From Proteromonas lacertae (Eukaryota): 64,000 nucleotides of DNA. This document shows, one piece after another, positions 39,894-52,559 of the stretch. Position 1 is the stretch's first letter. Each line of letters starts with the position of its first letter. The notes beneath the pieces were generated by a model. The model had not been told where the DNA came from. It saw only the letters and a program-made list of their open reading frames with translations, and did no database searches. A program made the translations under genes and the position numbers. Location of the stretch: assembly GCA_002245135.1 (NCBI GenBank), contig NGBS01001168.1, positions 62,001 to 126,000 on the forward strand, in the 5' to 3' direction.

Positions 39894-41858
39894 ATGCCAA
39901 ATACGATAGATTCAGAGGAACTTAAAACTCAAAAAGCAATATTAGAAGATTTAAGATCGAGAGATATAAAGAAAACAGGCTTTGTTTCTGCAGAAGACTT
40001 TCAAAACGCATTGGATGGAAATCAATTGGTATAATTGTTTTTATAATATTATTATAAGACTCCTGGTACTGAATTATGTGATAGAATATTTCTGGAATGC
40101 ACAATTGACGATAATGGTTTAGTCTTCTATGGTGGCTTTGCAAAAATAGTAGAACATGAAATGAATGTATCAAAGAAACAAGCTATGATAAGGTTGATCA
40201 GAGATCAAGTACCTGCTCGTATAATTTAATAAATTATATATATTTTTATTAAATTAGCAACTCAAAAACAAGAAACCAATGCCGATATTATCTACAATCA
40301 CACATCAGAATTGAAAGCTTTATTTGCCAATTATGAATTCTTCAGAATTAATCTCTCTCAGCTAAGAGAAGGTATAAAATCATTAGGAATAAAAGAAACA
40401 GGAAAAGTGTTGTTATTATACCGTGAACCATCCAATATATCATATACAAGTCTTATTAGAGCATTGATGGTGGAAGAAGATGAAGAAATGTATAACAAAC
40501 CAGCTGGAAAAACAGTATGAATAAATATTAATAATTATATATATATATTATAGACTGCACAAATGACAAATGATTTATCTCATTACGATAATATAACTAG
40601 TAATAATTGTGAAGTGAATGAACATGAAAATCCATTAAATTGGGGAGATGATATACCACCATTACCAGAACAAGGAAAATATATAAAACTGAAAGAAAAA
40701 CCACCAATTCCAGAATTAATGATTAGTAATTTAAATGAAATACAAAATAAATCACAAATGTTGATAGATGGTGAAGAGATTGAAGACTTAGATAATTATG
40801 ATAATGAAGATGGAGAAGATGGTTTTGAAGAACCAACTTATGATGAATGTTTGAAAATATTAAGACAAAAAATATATGATCAGTATATTCTATTTTATTA
40901 CTATATTATAGAATTCGAATGTTAACTTCAGGATATATAAATGTAAAACAATTCAGAGATGAATTGGAACAAATGAATGTACCAATTCCAGAATCAGCTG
41001 AACATCATTTAAATCAATTTGAATTGACTGGTGATATTCCATTTCATTCATTTGTAAGTGCATTTGATAAATATTTTGACACATTAGTTGAAGTACCACC
41101 ATCTCCACCTCCTCCACGTATATATATAATATTTCTTTTATAATTTACTATTTGTATATATAAATAGCAGAAGAAGAGGATGAAAGATTTATTGAACTTG
41201 GAAAAGCAATTGAAGAAAGATTAAAAGAACCATCACCTGCTAAGACAGCTACACATCATCATGGTGATATTATTGCATGGCAACATGATGGAGAATTAAC
41301 TGATAACATAGAGAATATACAAACAGTATTCTAATTATTATTATTATTATCAATAGAAAAATAGAAGTGTTTTAGATGAATCAGATCCAACTGCATTATA
41401 TTGGAATGACGATACAATCAGACAGAATAAAGAGAATGTTGCCCCAGCTCCTATTGTTGTAAAGAAAACGTGTTGGGCAGCAGGAGATTCAGGTGATTTT
41501 ATCACTTGGACAGATGTACCTGAAGAAGCAACTTGTGAAGGACCAAAGTTTAATAAAGTTACTTTGTTGTATATTTATAATAATAATAATTATTATTATT
41601 ATATTTATAGACATTATGATTCACCAGAACCACCTTTTGCTACACATGAGAATGTAACACCTGATTTTGAACCTGGTAAAACGTATATTTATATATAATA
41701 ATCAATTTATTTATATTTGTATGAATAGTAAAACATGGAAATCAAGTATTACAATAAAAAAGAAAGAAAAAACTGGAGATTGGCTCTTTACTCCACCCCC
41801 TCCTCCACCACAACCATATCAGATGGATTACCCATTTGGAACTAATTTACCGATATAA
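39894..41858 (+). CDS. Multi-exon EF-hand-containing protein
   Basis: DIKKTGFVSAEDFQ and TSGYINVKQFRDEL EF-hand-like loops, many short GT-AG introns and a Pro-rich C-terminus. Confidence 0.6.
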
Positions 41859-42354
41859 ATGTGTAAAAATTATGATTATTTATGATAATAATTTTTCATT
41901 GTTTATATAATTATATTATGTTATTAATTTTATTAAAGGGTGCTTTATTTGCCAAATAATGAGGAGGATAATTATAGCCTAACGGCAGTTTGAGATAACT
42001 TTAACCACTGTAAAGTCTAATAAATAAGCAAAAAATTATGGAAGTGTGTCAAGTATGCATAATTCATTTATTATACTACCTCACAAGCCTTCAAAACAGG
42101 AAGGAAAATGAGTTAAAAAGAGTTTAAAAATGAATTGGTTTTATATATAAGAAAAAAGAATGAAAGTTGAAAATAAGATTAGACCCCCTTAGAAGTGTTT
42201 TTGAGGATCTATCATTTATTCATTTTAGTTAGTAATAAAGGTATAATATAGCAATTTTAATTATCTCTCATGGCTTTATTAATTTTTATTCTACGGTCTA
42301 TATCTAATAACTTTTAAATATATAACGTTTTTTTATAATTTTGTCTAATAGAAG

Positions 42355-44283
42355 ATGGAATACAGAAGAATTGGGTTACTTGCAATACTTTTAGTAAGTG
42401 TTGCAGCAATGAAACTTCCTGGTATCAAACCAATAGATTATCATGATGGTGATACTGTATAGAATATTTTCAATCATATATTCACATAGGTCCCTGTTTT
42501 TGTAAACAAGTTGACATCATCAAAGACTCAGGTTCCATTACCTTACTATTCAGCACCATATCCAAAACCTGAACAAATCTATGATGCTCCAGAGTCAATT
42601 GGTTCAATTTTAGCAGGTGATAAAATCGAAAGCTCTTTATATCGTTTCACTATGTTAAGAAATGAGAATTGTGTTGTATTAGGTAAGAAATCATTAGTAA
42701 AGAAAGATATTAAAAGAGCACAAAAGTTAATTCGTGAAAAATATCGAGCTAACCTATTAGTCGATGAATTACCAGCTGCTGAAAGAGTATTTTACCAAAT
42801 CCCAAAGTCAAACAGAGATTATTACTATGAAAAAGGTTTCTTAGTTGGTACAAAAGAAGGTGATGATTACTATTGGCACAATCACGTATCATTTACAGTT
42901 AGATACCATAAAGTAGAAAGTGGTAACAGAGTAGTTGGATTTGAAGCTGATCCAAAATCCGTCAAACACACTTATAATGGAGGTTTTAGTGAATCATCAG
43001 TTACAACATGTAATCAAAACACTAATGTTGACAATTTAGATAAAGAAACAATTGTATTAAGCGAAGCTGGTACAGTTGAAATGATTTATTCATATTCAGT
43101 AAAATGGGAAGAAGATGAAACAGAATGGGCATCAAGATGGGATTTATATTTAAGATATATTCCAGGAAGTGATGTTCATTGGTTCACTTTAGGTAACTCA
43201 ATTTTGATCGCTGTATTCTTAACCATTATGGTTGGTCTTATTATCTTAAGAACAGTTTATAGTGATATTGCTAGATACAATAGTTATATTCAATTAGAAG
43301 AATCTAAAGAAGAAATCCAAGAAGAAAGTGGTTGGAAGTTAGTACATGGTGATGTATTTAGACCGCCAACATTATTCCCAATGTTATTCTCTATTATGGT
43401 TGGTACAGGATATCAATTATTCTGGATGACTTTAATCTGCATGGGATTTGCCTGTTTGGGATTCTTATCTCCAGTTAGTAGAGGTAGTTTATTAACAGCT
43501 GCATTGTTTATATTCATCTTCTTAGGTACAGTTGCTGGTTATAGTGCAGCTAGATTATACAAATTCTTCAAAGGTGTTAATTGGAAGACAATGACTATTT
43601 ACACTGCTTTATTCTTCCCTGGTTTAATTTTTTCAATAACATTTTTTATTAATCTATTCTTCTGGTTCCAAGGATCAACTAGAGCTATTCCATTCTTGAG
43701 TTTATTATCATTATTAATCATGTGGTTTGGTGTATCAACTCCATTAGTATTTGTTGGTGCATTCTTAGGTTTCAGAAGAGATCCAATTGAAGTAACTGCT
43801 AGAACTAATCAAGTACCACGTCAAATAATGCCAATTCCATGGTATAATGGAGGTATGGCAAGTATAATATTAGCTGGATTATTACCATTCGGTGGATTAT
43901 TCTTAGAATTATACTTTGTTATGAGTTCAGTCTGGATGTATCAAGTATTTTATGTGTTTGGCTTATTCTTTGTGATATTCTTATTGACTTTGATTACTTC
44001 TGCTGAAGTTGCTATTGTAATGTGTTACTTCCAATTAATTAATGAAGATTGGCATTGGTGGTGGAGATCAATGTTCACTGGAGGTTCTATCGCTTTATAT
44101 TTGTTTGGATATTCTTTCTATTATGCTAGTACTTTACAAATTACCAAATTGACAACTATCTTAGTTTATTTTGGTAATATGTTTATGATTAGTACTTTGG
44201 TATTCTTAGTTACTGGTTCTATTGGTTTCTTCTCTTGCTTCTGGTTTGTGAAGAAGATTTATGGCTCAATTAAAGTTGATTAA
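42355..44283 (+). CDS. TM9SF: Transmembrane 9 superfamily (EMP70/TM9SF2/4-like)
   Basis: Signal-peptide exon, WASRWDLYL, VHWF, EESGWKLVHGDVFRPP, nine TMs and C-terminal KIYGSIKVD. Confidence 0.95.
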
Positions 44284-44459
44284 GCTTATTTTAAGGGAGA
44301 GACACTTTAACAATTAAAATTGTATTGTTGTTTGGGGGATATATTTATATGTAGTTCATTTGAAAGAGAAATAATTGAAAAAGAACATTCAAACCATAAT
44401 CAAGCAATTTTAACATTTTTATCAAAATAAGACCATTCATTTACTTTGCAAAGAGAAAA

Positions 44460-45796
44460 ATGTCACAATCTACACCACCATTAGTGTTTGAAATAAAAGC
44501 TAAATGTAAAAGAGCTAGAGCTTCAACTTTGACATTAAGACATTGGTCCAATACTTACACCTGTGTTTATGCCTGTTGGAACTAAAGGTATAATACTATT
44601 ATGTTGGATTTATCTTATTTAAATAGGAACTATAAAAGGATTAACTTCAGAACAAGTCTATTCAGAACCATTAGATGCTCAAATTATTCTGGGAAACACA
44701 TATCATCTTAGTTCACATCCAGGTTCTGATCAAATAGCAGAATTTGGAGGATTACACAAGTTTATGAATTGGCCTAGAAATCTATTGACAGATAGTGGTG
44801 GATTTCAAATGGTATCGCTTTTAGATTTAGCAGAAATAACAGAAGAAGGAGTGAAATTCAGAAATCCAAATGATGGAAAAGAAATGTTATTAACACCAGA
44901 AGAATCGATCAGATGTCAAGTATAGCTAAATAATAAACTATTCATTTTATATAAATAGAATAATATAGGAGCTGATATAATAATGGCTTTAGATGATGTT
45001 GTTCATAGTTGTACTCCAGGATATGAACGATTTAAAGAAGCGACACATCGTACATTACGTTGGATAGATAGATGTATAGCTGCACACAAACGTCCAAACG
45101 ATCAGAATCTATTTGGTATTTGTCAAGGAGGATTAGACACAAGTGAAGGTGGATTAAGAGAAATCTGTTTAAAAGGAATGTTAGAAAGATCAGCTCATTT
45201 ACCAGGTTATGCAATTGGTGGATTAGCAGGTGGTGAAGATAAAGAATCCTTCTGGAGAGTAGTAGAGCAAGCTACAAGATATTTACCAGAAGATAAACCA
45301 AGATATCTAATGGGTGTAGGATATCCAGTTGATATTGTTGTTTGTACAGCGTTAGGAGTTGATATGTATGATTGTGTCTATCCAACAAGGACTGCACGGT
45401 TTGGTACAGCAATGGTACCATGGGGTACGTTGAGATTGAATAGTAATGAATGTACAAATGATTTGAGACCAATTGATCCAGATTGTGGATGTAATACTTG
45501 TAAAGTATATATATATATATATATACATAAATATTTATTTCATATATAAATAGAGTTATTCAAGAGCAGTATTGAAAAGACTATGTAAACGTGAAGCACT
45601 TGGAGCAATATTAGTAACACATCATAATATTTATTATATGATTCATTTTATGCGATCTTTGAGACAAAGTATAATTGATGGTAGATTTCCTGAGTATGTA
45701 CAGGAGTTTTTTGATAGACAATTTCCTGATAAGAATTATCCTTCATGGTGTGTTGATGCTTTACATGTTGCTGGTATTGATTTGAAGAAAGAATAG
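44460..45796 (+). CDS. QTRT1: Queuine tRNA-ribosyltransferase catalytic subunit
   Basis: [60 protein letters not shown] and Zn ligands CGCNTC...H. Three GT-AG introns. Confidence 0.95.
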
Positions 45797-45926
45797 AATT
45801 AAGAATTAGTATTCATTTAATTTGTGTGGTTTTTAAGTAAATATTCTTTAATAAACATTTTTTCTATTTGCTTATTTACAAATAATTCAAAATACAACAA
45901 AAGCAACAATGTAAATTATTAATTAC

Positions 45927-47165
45927 CTACAAAGCTATATCAATTTCATCTCCATTATCATCATACTTTCTTCTAGGACCAGGATAAGGAGTTGCACATC
46001 TTTTCAACAATTTAGCTGATGCTTTAGGATGATTAACAATCATATCAACAGGTTCTTCAATAGTAATATGTTTATCATTATAATTATAAGGAGTATGATA
46101 ATTTGGTGGTGGTGGTGGTTGATCATAATATGGATAATCATTATATGGATTAACTGGAGGTGGTGATTGAGAATAATAATCATATGGTTGTTGTGGTTGT
46201 AATGGATAATAATATGATGGAGGTGGTGGTGGTGGAGGAGGAGCATAATAAGGAGATATATTAGAAGAAGAAGGAGGAGGAGGAGGTAAAGCTGGTGGTG
46301 GTGGTTGATTTCTATAATAATAATCTCTATTATAATCATAATAATAATTATCATTATATTGTTTTGATGGTAGTGCAGGTTGTTGTTGTTTATTGTATTT
46401 CAATGATTTACTTAAATTAGGAGGTACAGATGTAGATCTTCTATTACTATATTTACTTTTATTATTATATAAATCAGTTGGATTAGCTTGAACTGCAATT
46501 GATTCTCTCTCAATTGTTTGTATTGCTTTTGATTTTTGATTTGACATATCTGTGATATGATGATGATGTTTATGTTTTGATCTATCTCTTTCTATAGCTG
46601 CTGATCGTTCTGCTTCTGTGGTTTCATCATAGTCAGGCCACCATTGAGGATAAATCTCTTTATCATTCTCTGAATATCGATTATTGATATTGTTATTATC
46701 ATCTATATGAGCTGGTGGTATACCATATTGTCTGTAAGGTATATATTGACTTTTACTTTTCCAACCATTTGGCTTTACATATATTCCATTTTCTATTTGC
46801 ATTAGAATATAAACTATATACTTGATTTTGGCATATGTGATTCTTCTCCGATTTCTGTTATATTTTTGGGTTTCTATTGTATTTATTATTATATTTATAC
46901 AGCTCTATGAACAAGACCTGCTATATTTTCTATTCTAGATTTTGTTAACCATTTCTTTGGATATTTTGAATCAATAAATTTAATTCCAAGATACAAAGAA
47001 TTCTAATAAATAGTATAATTTTATTCATACAACAAGTACATCATGAACATCTTCTGGAGGGAATAATCTTATGAAATTTTTAACAAGATTAACATCCAGT
47101 AATTCTGATATATCCAAGAATTGCAGATCAGCCTTTTCCTCAGCTGTAAAAGGAGTATTAATCAT
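45927..47165 (-). CDS. Pro/Tyr-rich hypothetical protein
   Basis: ATG at 47165, three short introns, and a long last exon rich in PPPP and YY. Confidence 0.6.
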
Positions 47166-47223
47166 TTTTAAATATCAAAACAGAATCAAACCTGCATCGT
47201 TATTCTTTTTTGTTTTTTAAAAA

Positions 47224-48818
47224 ATGTCTTCTGTCAAAGTTCCTGGAATTGATCCAATGTTTTATGCGTTGAGTAAATATCGTAGAAGAAAGTATGATGA
47301 GTGTATAACTATCTGCACAGAGTTGTTAGAGGTAAATCCTCTTGATCAAGCTGTTTGGTTTTTGAAAACAAGAGCTTTGACAGCAAAATCATGGATAGAT
47401 GATACAGAACTTGAAGAAGAAGGTGTAGCTGAAGTATTACTTGATGAACATGGTATAACTGAAGCTCCTCGTCCAGGTACATCCTTAAACAACCCTAATA
47501 GACCAACTACTGGTGTAGATCAATCAATAAGACCTGTGAGTGCTAGTGGCAGACCAATTACAGGATTTCTTCGACCTGGTACAAGTAGTCATGGAAGTGC
47601 AAGTCGTGGAAATACAGTAGATGGTGCATTCCGTTCAAATAGACCAGGTACATCACGTCCAATGACTTCCTTGGGAAGACAAGTTAGATTAGGAACAGCT
47701 TCAATGAGATCTGATCCTGGTGGTGTATTTATCAATATAGACAGATTAGATATGAATAAATACGCACGAAGACCAACCTTAGCGAAGGCACTATGTGATT
47801 ATTTAATATATCATGAACATAATCCAAGAAAAGCAATGGAATTAGCAGCAAAAGCAACTCAAGTATGTGAGTTTAAAGATTGGTGGTGGAAAGCGAGATT
47901 AGGTAAATGTTATTATCAATTAGGACTGTATAGAGATGCAGAGAAACAGTATAAAAGTGCATTAAGACAACAACCAATATCTTTTTTTTTTGGATGATTT
48001 TTTCATTTTGAATATTTTTTCTTTAATTCTTGATTTAATTGATTACTACTGTTTTAGAATTATCAAAGATCTATATTAGATTGGATTTACCTAATAATGC
48101 CTTGGAGTTATTCCAAGATTCAATTAATCAATATATTACAGATCCACAGTTATTATTAGGTATTGGTAGAATATATGATATGCTAAATAATGTTGATAAG
48201 AGTATAGAATACTATAAGAAAGTCTTACAATACGATTCTTCTAATATTGAAGCATTAGCTAATTTAGCCTCACATCACTTTTATTCTGACCAACCAGAAA
48301 TCGCTTTAAGATATTATAGAAGGTTATTACAGATGGGAGTAACTCAGAATAGCGAATTATGGAATAATATGGGATTGTGCTGTTATTATTCATCTCAATA
48401 TGATTTAGCATTGACTTGCTTTGAAAGAGCTATCAATTTAGGCACAGATGATACATTGCCAGATATATGGTATAATATAGGACAAATTGCTATTTCTTTG
48501 GGTGAGAGTGGGTTAGCTTATCAATGCTTCAAAATATGTGTTAGTTTAGATAATAACCACATTGAAGCATACAATAATTTAGGTATTTTGGAATTAAGGA
48601 AAGCTTCCATTGATGCTGCTAAAGCTAATTTCAGAACAGCACAACAGAATAATGATCATATCTATGAACCATTCTATAATTCTGCTTTGTTATCGTATAA
48701 AATGGGTGATTTCCAAGAAAGTTATAAGAATGTGGAGAAATCATTAGAAATATATCCAGAACATTCTGATTCTCAAGAATTGATGAAACAATTAAAACAG
48801 CATTTCACATCTATTTAA
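47224..48818 (+). CDS. BBS8: BBSome subunit BBS8 (TPR protein)
   Basis: PRPGTSL, RPITGFLRPGT, VRLGTASM, DWWWKARLGKCYYQLG and TPR repeats. Two exons separated only by an AT-AA intron. Confidence 0.95.
47977..48038 (+). other. U12-type intron, AT-AA (62 nt), in BBS8
   Basis: ATATCTTTTT...TTCTTTAAT-TCTTGATTTAA. Removal gives KSALRQQP|LITTVLELSK. The interval contains no GT. Confidence 0.85.
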
Positions 48819-48986
48819 ATTATTATTTTTGATATTATTGTTCTTTGTTTATATGAATAAGCAATGCATATAATGGTAATTAATAGTATACAATAATGAA
48901 ACTAAGAAGAAATATCTCAACTGTAAATTATCAATAAAAAACTAACCGTTTTATTGATTTGACAAACAAACATTTTATTTTTTAAA

Positions 48987-50296
48987 ATGTCTTCATCTTC
49001 TGGACCTGAGCTTCTATACCCTAGAGAGTTCTATACTGAAACATTCTCAGATAGCATATTTCGTATAGACACGAGATATCAAAATCTTCAACCAATTGGC
49101 CATGGTTCTTACGGAACTGTATGTTCAGCAGACGATACAGTATATTAAAAAGTATATATATATATTCGCTAGTTGACTGGCAAGAAGGTTGCAGTTAAGA
49201 AAATTACCAACATGTTTGAAGATCTGGTGGATGCAAAAAGAATAGTAGTATGTGCATATGTTTTATTATATTTATATATAGCGTGAGGAGAAATTGCTTA
49301 AGCATTTAGGTGAACATAAGAATATTGTTGGATTAGTGGATCTATTTGCACAGCCATATGGTACTGAAGAGTTTGAAGATCTATATATGATAATGGAATT
49401 GTACGAATGTGATTTAGATCGAATATTATCCAGTGATCAAGAATTATCTGAACAACATATTCAATATTTCTTAGCTCAGGTATTAAGAGCAGTTAAATAT
49501 ATTCATTCTGCAAATATATCATTTTTTCTTACAAAAATAAGTAAATTAATTTCTTTAATTTTGTTGTTGTAAGTATTACATCGAGATTTAAAACCTCAGA
49601 ATTTATTGGTTAATGCAAATTGCGATTTAGCTGTATAAATGAATATATTTATTCTTAAAATAGATATGTGATTTTGGATTAGGACGTGGAATATCAGACG
49701 AAGTAGAGAATCCTTCCAAATCCGACAAACTAACATCCTACGTAGTAACAAGATGGTACAGAGCTCCAGAAATCATATTAGAATGCAACAATTACGGTAA
49801 AGCAGTGGATATGTGGAGTGTAGGATGTATTTTCGCTGAGATGTTAAGAAAGAAACCATTTTTAAAAGGAAGAGATTATATGCACCAATTGAAATTGATT
49901 CTAAGAGTTTGCGGTAAACCATCTGAAGAAGAATTAGAATGGATTCCTGACCATGAAGCTAGAAATACTGTATTAAATATGGATTCTGAATCGAGTGTTG
50001 AATTCCACGAATATTTCCCTGATTCATCACCTGAAGCTGTTAATTTATTGAAAAAAATGTTAAAGTTCAATCCAAATGAAAGAATCACTGATCAAGAAGC
50101 ATTAGATCATCCATTTTTACGAAAATTCCATCGTGTAAGTGAAGAAATAAGTTGTAGAGAACCATTTGACTTTGGTTTTGAGAAAGGATATGGCGAAGAA
50201 ATACCTCAAGATGTTTTACAAAAAACTACATTTGATGATATTTTATATTATGATAAAATATATAAGAAATTGGTAGGAGATAGACCTGGAAAGTAG
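48987..50296 (+). CDS. Mitogen-activated protein kinase (TSY activation loop)
   Basis: IGHGSYGTV, VAVKK, HRDLKP, ICDFGL and LTSYVVTRWYRAPE. Three GT-AG introns plus one AT-AA intron. Confidence 0.93.
49516..49572 (+). other. U12-type intron, AT-AA (57 nt), in MAPK
   Basis: ATATCATTTT...TTCTTTAAT-TTTGTTGTTGTAA. Removal restores YIHSAN|VLHRDLKP exactly. Confidence 0.9.
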
Positions 50297-50479
50297 AACT
50301 CTTTTGTAGTAAGTTATAATAATAATATTTAGAATTCCTTTACTTTTTATTATATATATATTCAAATAATAGCAGTTATAAATCATTTTCAAAACTCCTA
50401 TATTTTATTAATTATGTTGTTTTTATGTGGATTTACAAAAATAATGTTACAATTATTATAAAAAGACAGATTAAAATAT

Positions 50480-50827
50480 TTAAACGGTAGGATTGATATT
50501 CATTCTAGCGACTCTAGTGTAATCATCGTGAATTTCATTATCATCATCACTTGATATAGTATTCATTATCTTCTCTCTCACTATAATAATAATAATAATA
50601 ACATAAATATAATATAAATACTAGCAGCAGTTTCTGCATTATTAACCAAAAAAGGAAAAAAGTAATTTATATCTAAAAAACTCCAATTCAAATTTTCCCA
50701 TAATAATTTCCATGTTAATTCTTCTGTAGCTACTGTAGGTCCACGAGCTATATAATTACAATATAATATAATATATACTATCATCACTATTAGCATTATC
50801 TCTTGGTGAAACATTACTCTCAATTGA

Positions 50828-50878
<51 letters not shown>

Positions 50879-52334
50879 TGACAAATGACTTAACTTACAA
50901 ACTGGAGCTAAAGATGAACCAACAATAAATATAGAAAATATAATATAACATGTAGTCATTCCTACGATTAAATAACTTTGACTACCATCTAATATTTGTT
51001 CTAATCCTTTGATTGCTAATGCATAACTCATTGAACCTCTTGGACCAGCATATGATACAACAAACATCATATTCTTACTGATTTTATTCTCTCTGAATAG
51101 ATTAGCTAACCAACAGGATGGATATACTGACATAAATCTTGATATAAATACAATACAAGTTGTACAAATCATAAGAGCTGGATTTTGACGAATTATATTT
51201 AATATAGAAACCATTGAAACTCCTAAAATAACGAAAGTTAGAGTTTCTGAAATCATTGATAATAAACTATATAATCTTCTAAAGAAGTGACGATTGAATT
51301 CACCATTAAAGAAAAATTTACAAAATTATAAAATAAAAAATAAAATGATATCTTTTAGGCGACATATTTTGTGTAGTATACCATGACATTACTATTCCAC
51401 AAAATAACATTGCAACAATTCCACTCATATCACATCCATCAGCAAATAAATAACATACAAATGGAATTAATAACAGTAAAGCTCGTTCTATGTCTTTATT
51501 TTCAGGTTTTGATAGATTTGTATATTTGAGAAATAAAGATGCAAAAACACCTACTACAATTCCACAACTTAATGAACCTAGGAAAATACTGAAGAAATTA
51601 TAAAAACCATAAAAAAGAGATTTTAATGTAAATGGTAAATATTGAAAATTTAATAGCGACTTGTACAATACCATAGCTACAGCATCATTAAACATACTTT
51701 CACCAAATATTAAAGCATATAATGTATCATCAACTCCAAGTGAAGTGAATAATGTTAATACTGAAATAGTATCAGTAGCAGAGATTATTGATCCAAACAA
51801 TAAGCAGTTTATCATTGAAAAGGACCTTATTATACCAAGATAAGTAGATATAAATAACAATAATCCAACAAAAATTGTTGTTAATGTTGTATTTATAAAT
51901 GCTAATATTAATATTGCTCCTAGATTTTGGAAAAACTTCACATTTTGCATATTAAAACTATATGAATATATTATTAAACACAAATTATACCCTGAATCAA
52001 ATATAATTATTGGAAGAAGGAAAAAGAAGAAAATATTTGATTCAAATACCAGATACTTCTCCATTAAATGTGATAACATACTTTTATTATCTGATAAATG
52101 GACCATTAACGATAACACGAAACCAATAATAATATACAATCCAGGTTCTGGAATATATTCACATGACCAATCTCTCAATTTATAACTACATCATATAATT
52201 CATAAATCTATATACGCAACAATCAACGATAGGATTAAGCCTATTAAGAATAAAAGTATGGCAAATGATTCAGCAGACTCTATTTCATCTGTGCTGATAG
52301 TGACATTGTTTTCTACTTCTAATAATCCCCTCAT
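50480..52334 (-). CDS. Na+/H+ exchanger, CPA1 family (endosomal/Golgi NHE6-8-like)
   Basis: FFFFLLPIIIFDSG, FGSIISATD, LIFGESMFNDAVAMVLY, SGIVAMLFCGI and AGPRG motifs. GT-AG introns (one in frame, 33 nt) plus one AT-AA intron. Confidence 0.92.
50827..50876. repeat. (AAT)n microsatellite encoding poly-Asn in NHE
   Basis: Long ATT run on the + strand. Similar poly-N/poly-Q tracts occur near 33060-33100 and 33460-33545. Confidence 0.9.
51294..51351 (-). other. U12-type intron, AT-AA (58 nt), in NHE
   Basis: Minus strand ATATCATTTT...TTCTTTAAT-GGTGAATTCAA. Phase-2 removal gives NMSPKS-RHFFRRLYSLLSMISET. Confidence 0.85.
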
Positions 52335-52559
52335 TTTTGGGATTTACTGAAACGACACTTTCTGAAATGTTCATGAAACATTCTTCACAGATCAAATACT
52401 AAGTATTAATTACTACTCGGCTTACTCTGTGTATATTTACAATTATAAACACAAACAACAAAGCCATCAACAAATGTTACATTCATTTATGAATTTATTC
52501 CCATTATCTACTCAAATACATAAAAATATAGAGATAACCTTCATAAATTAAATAATATT

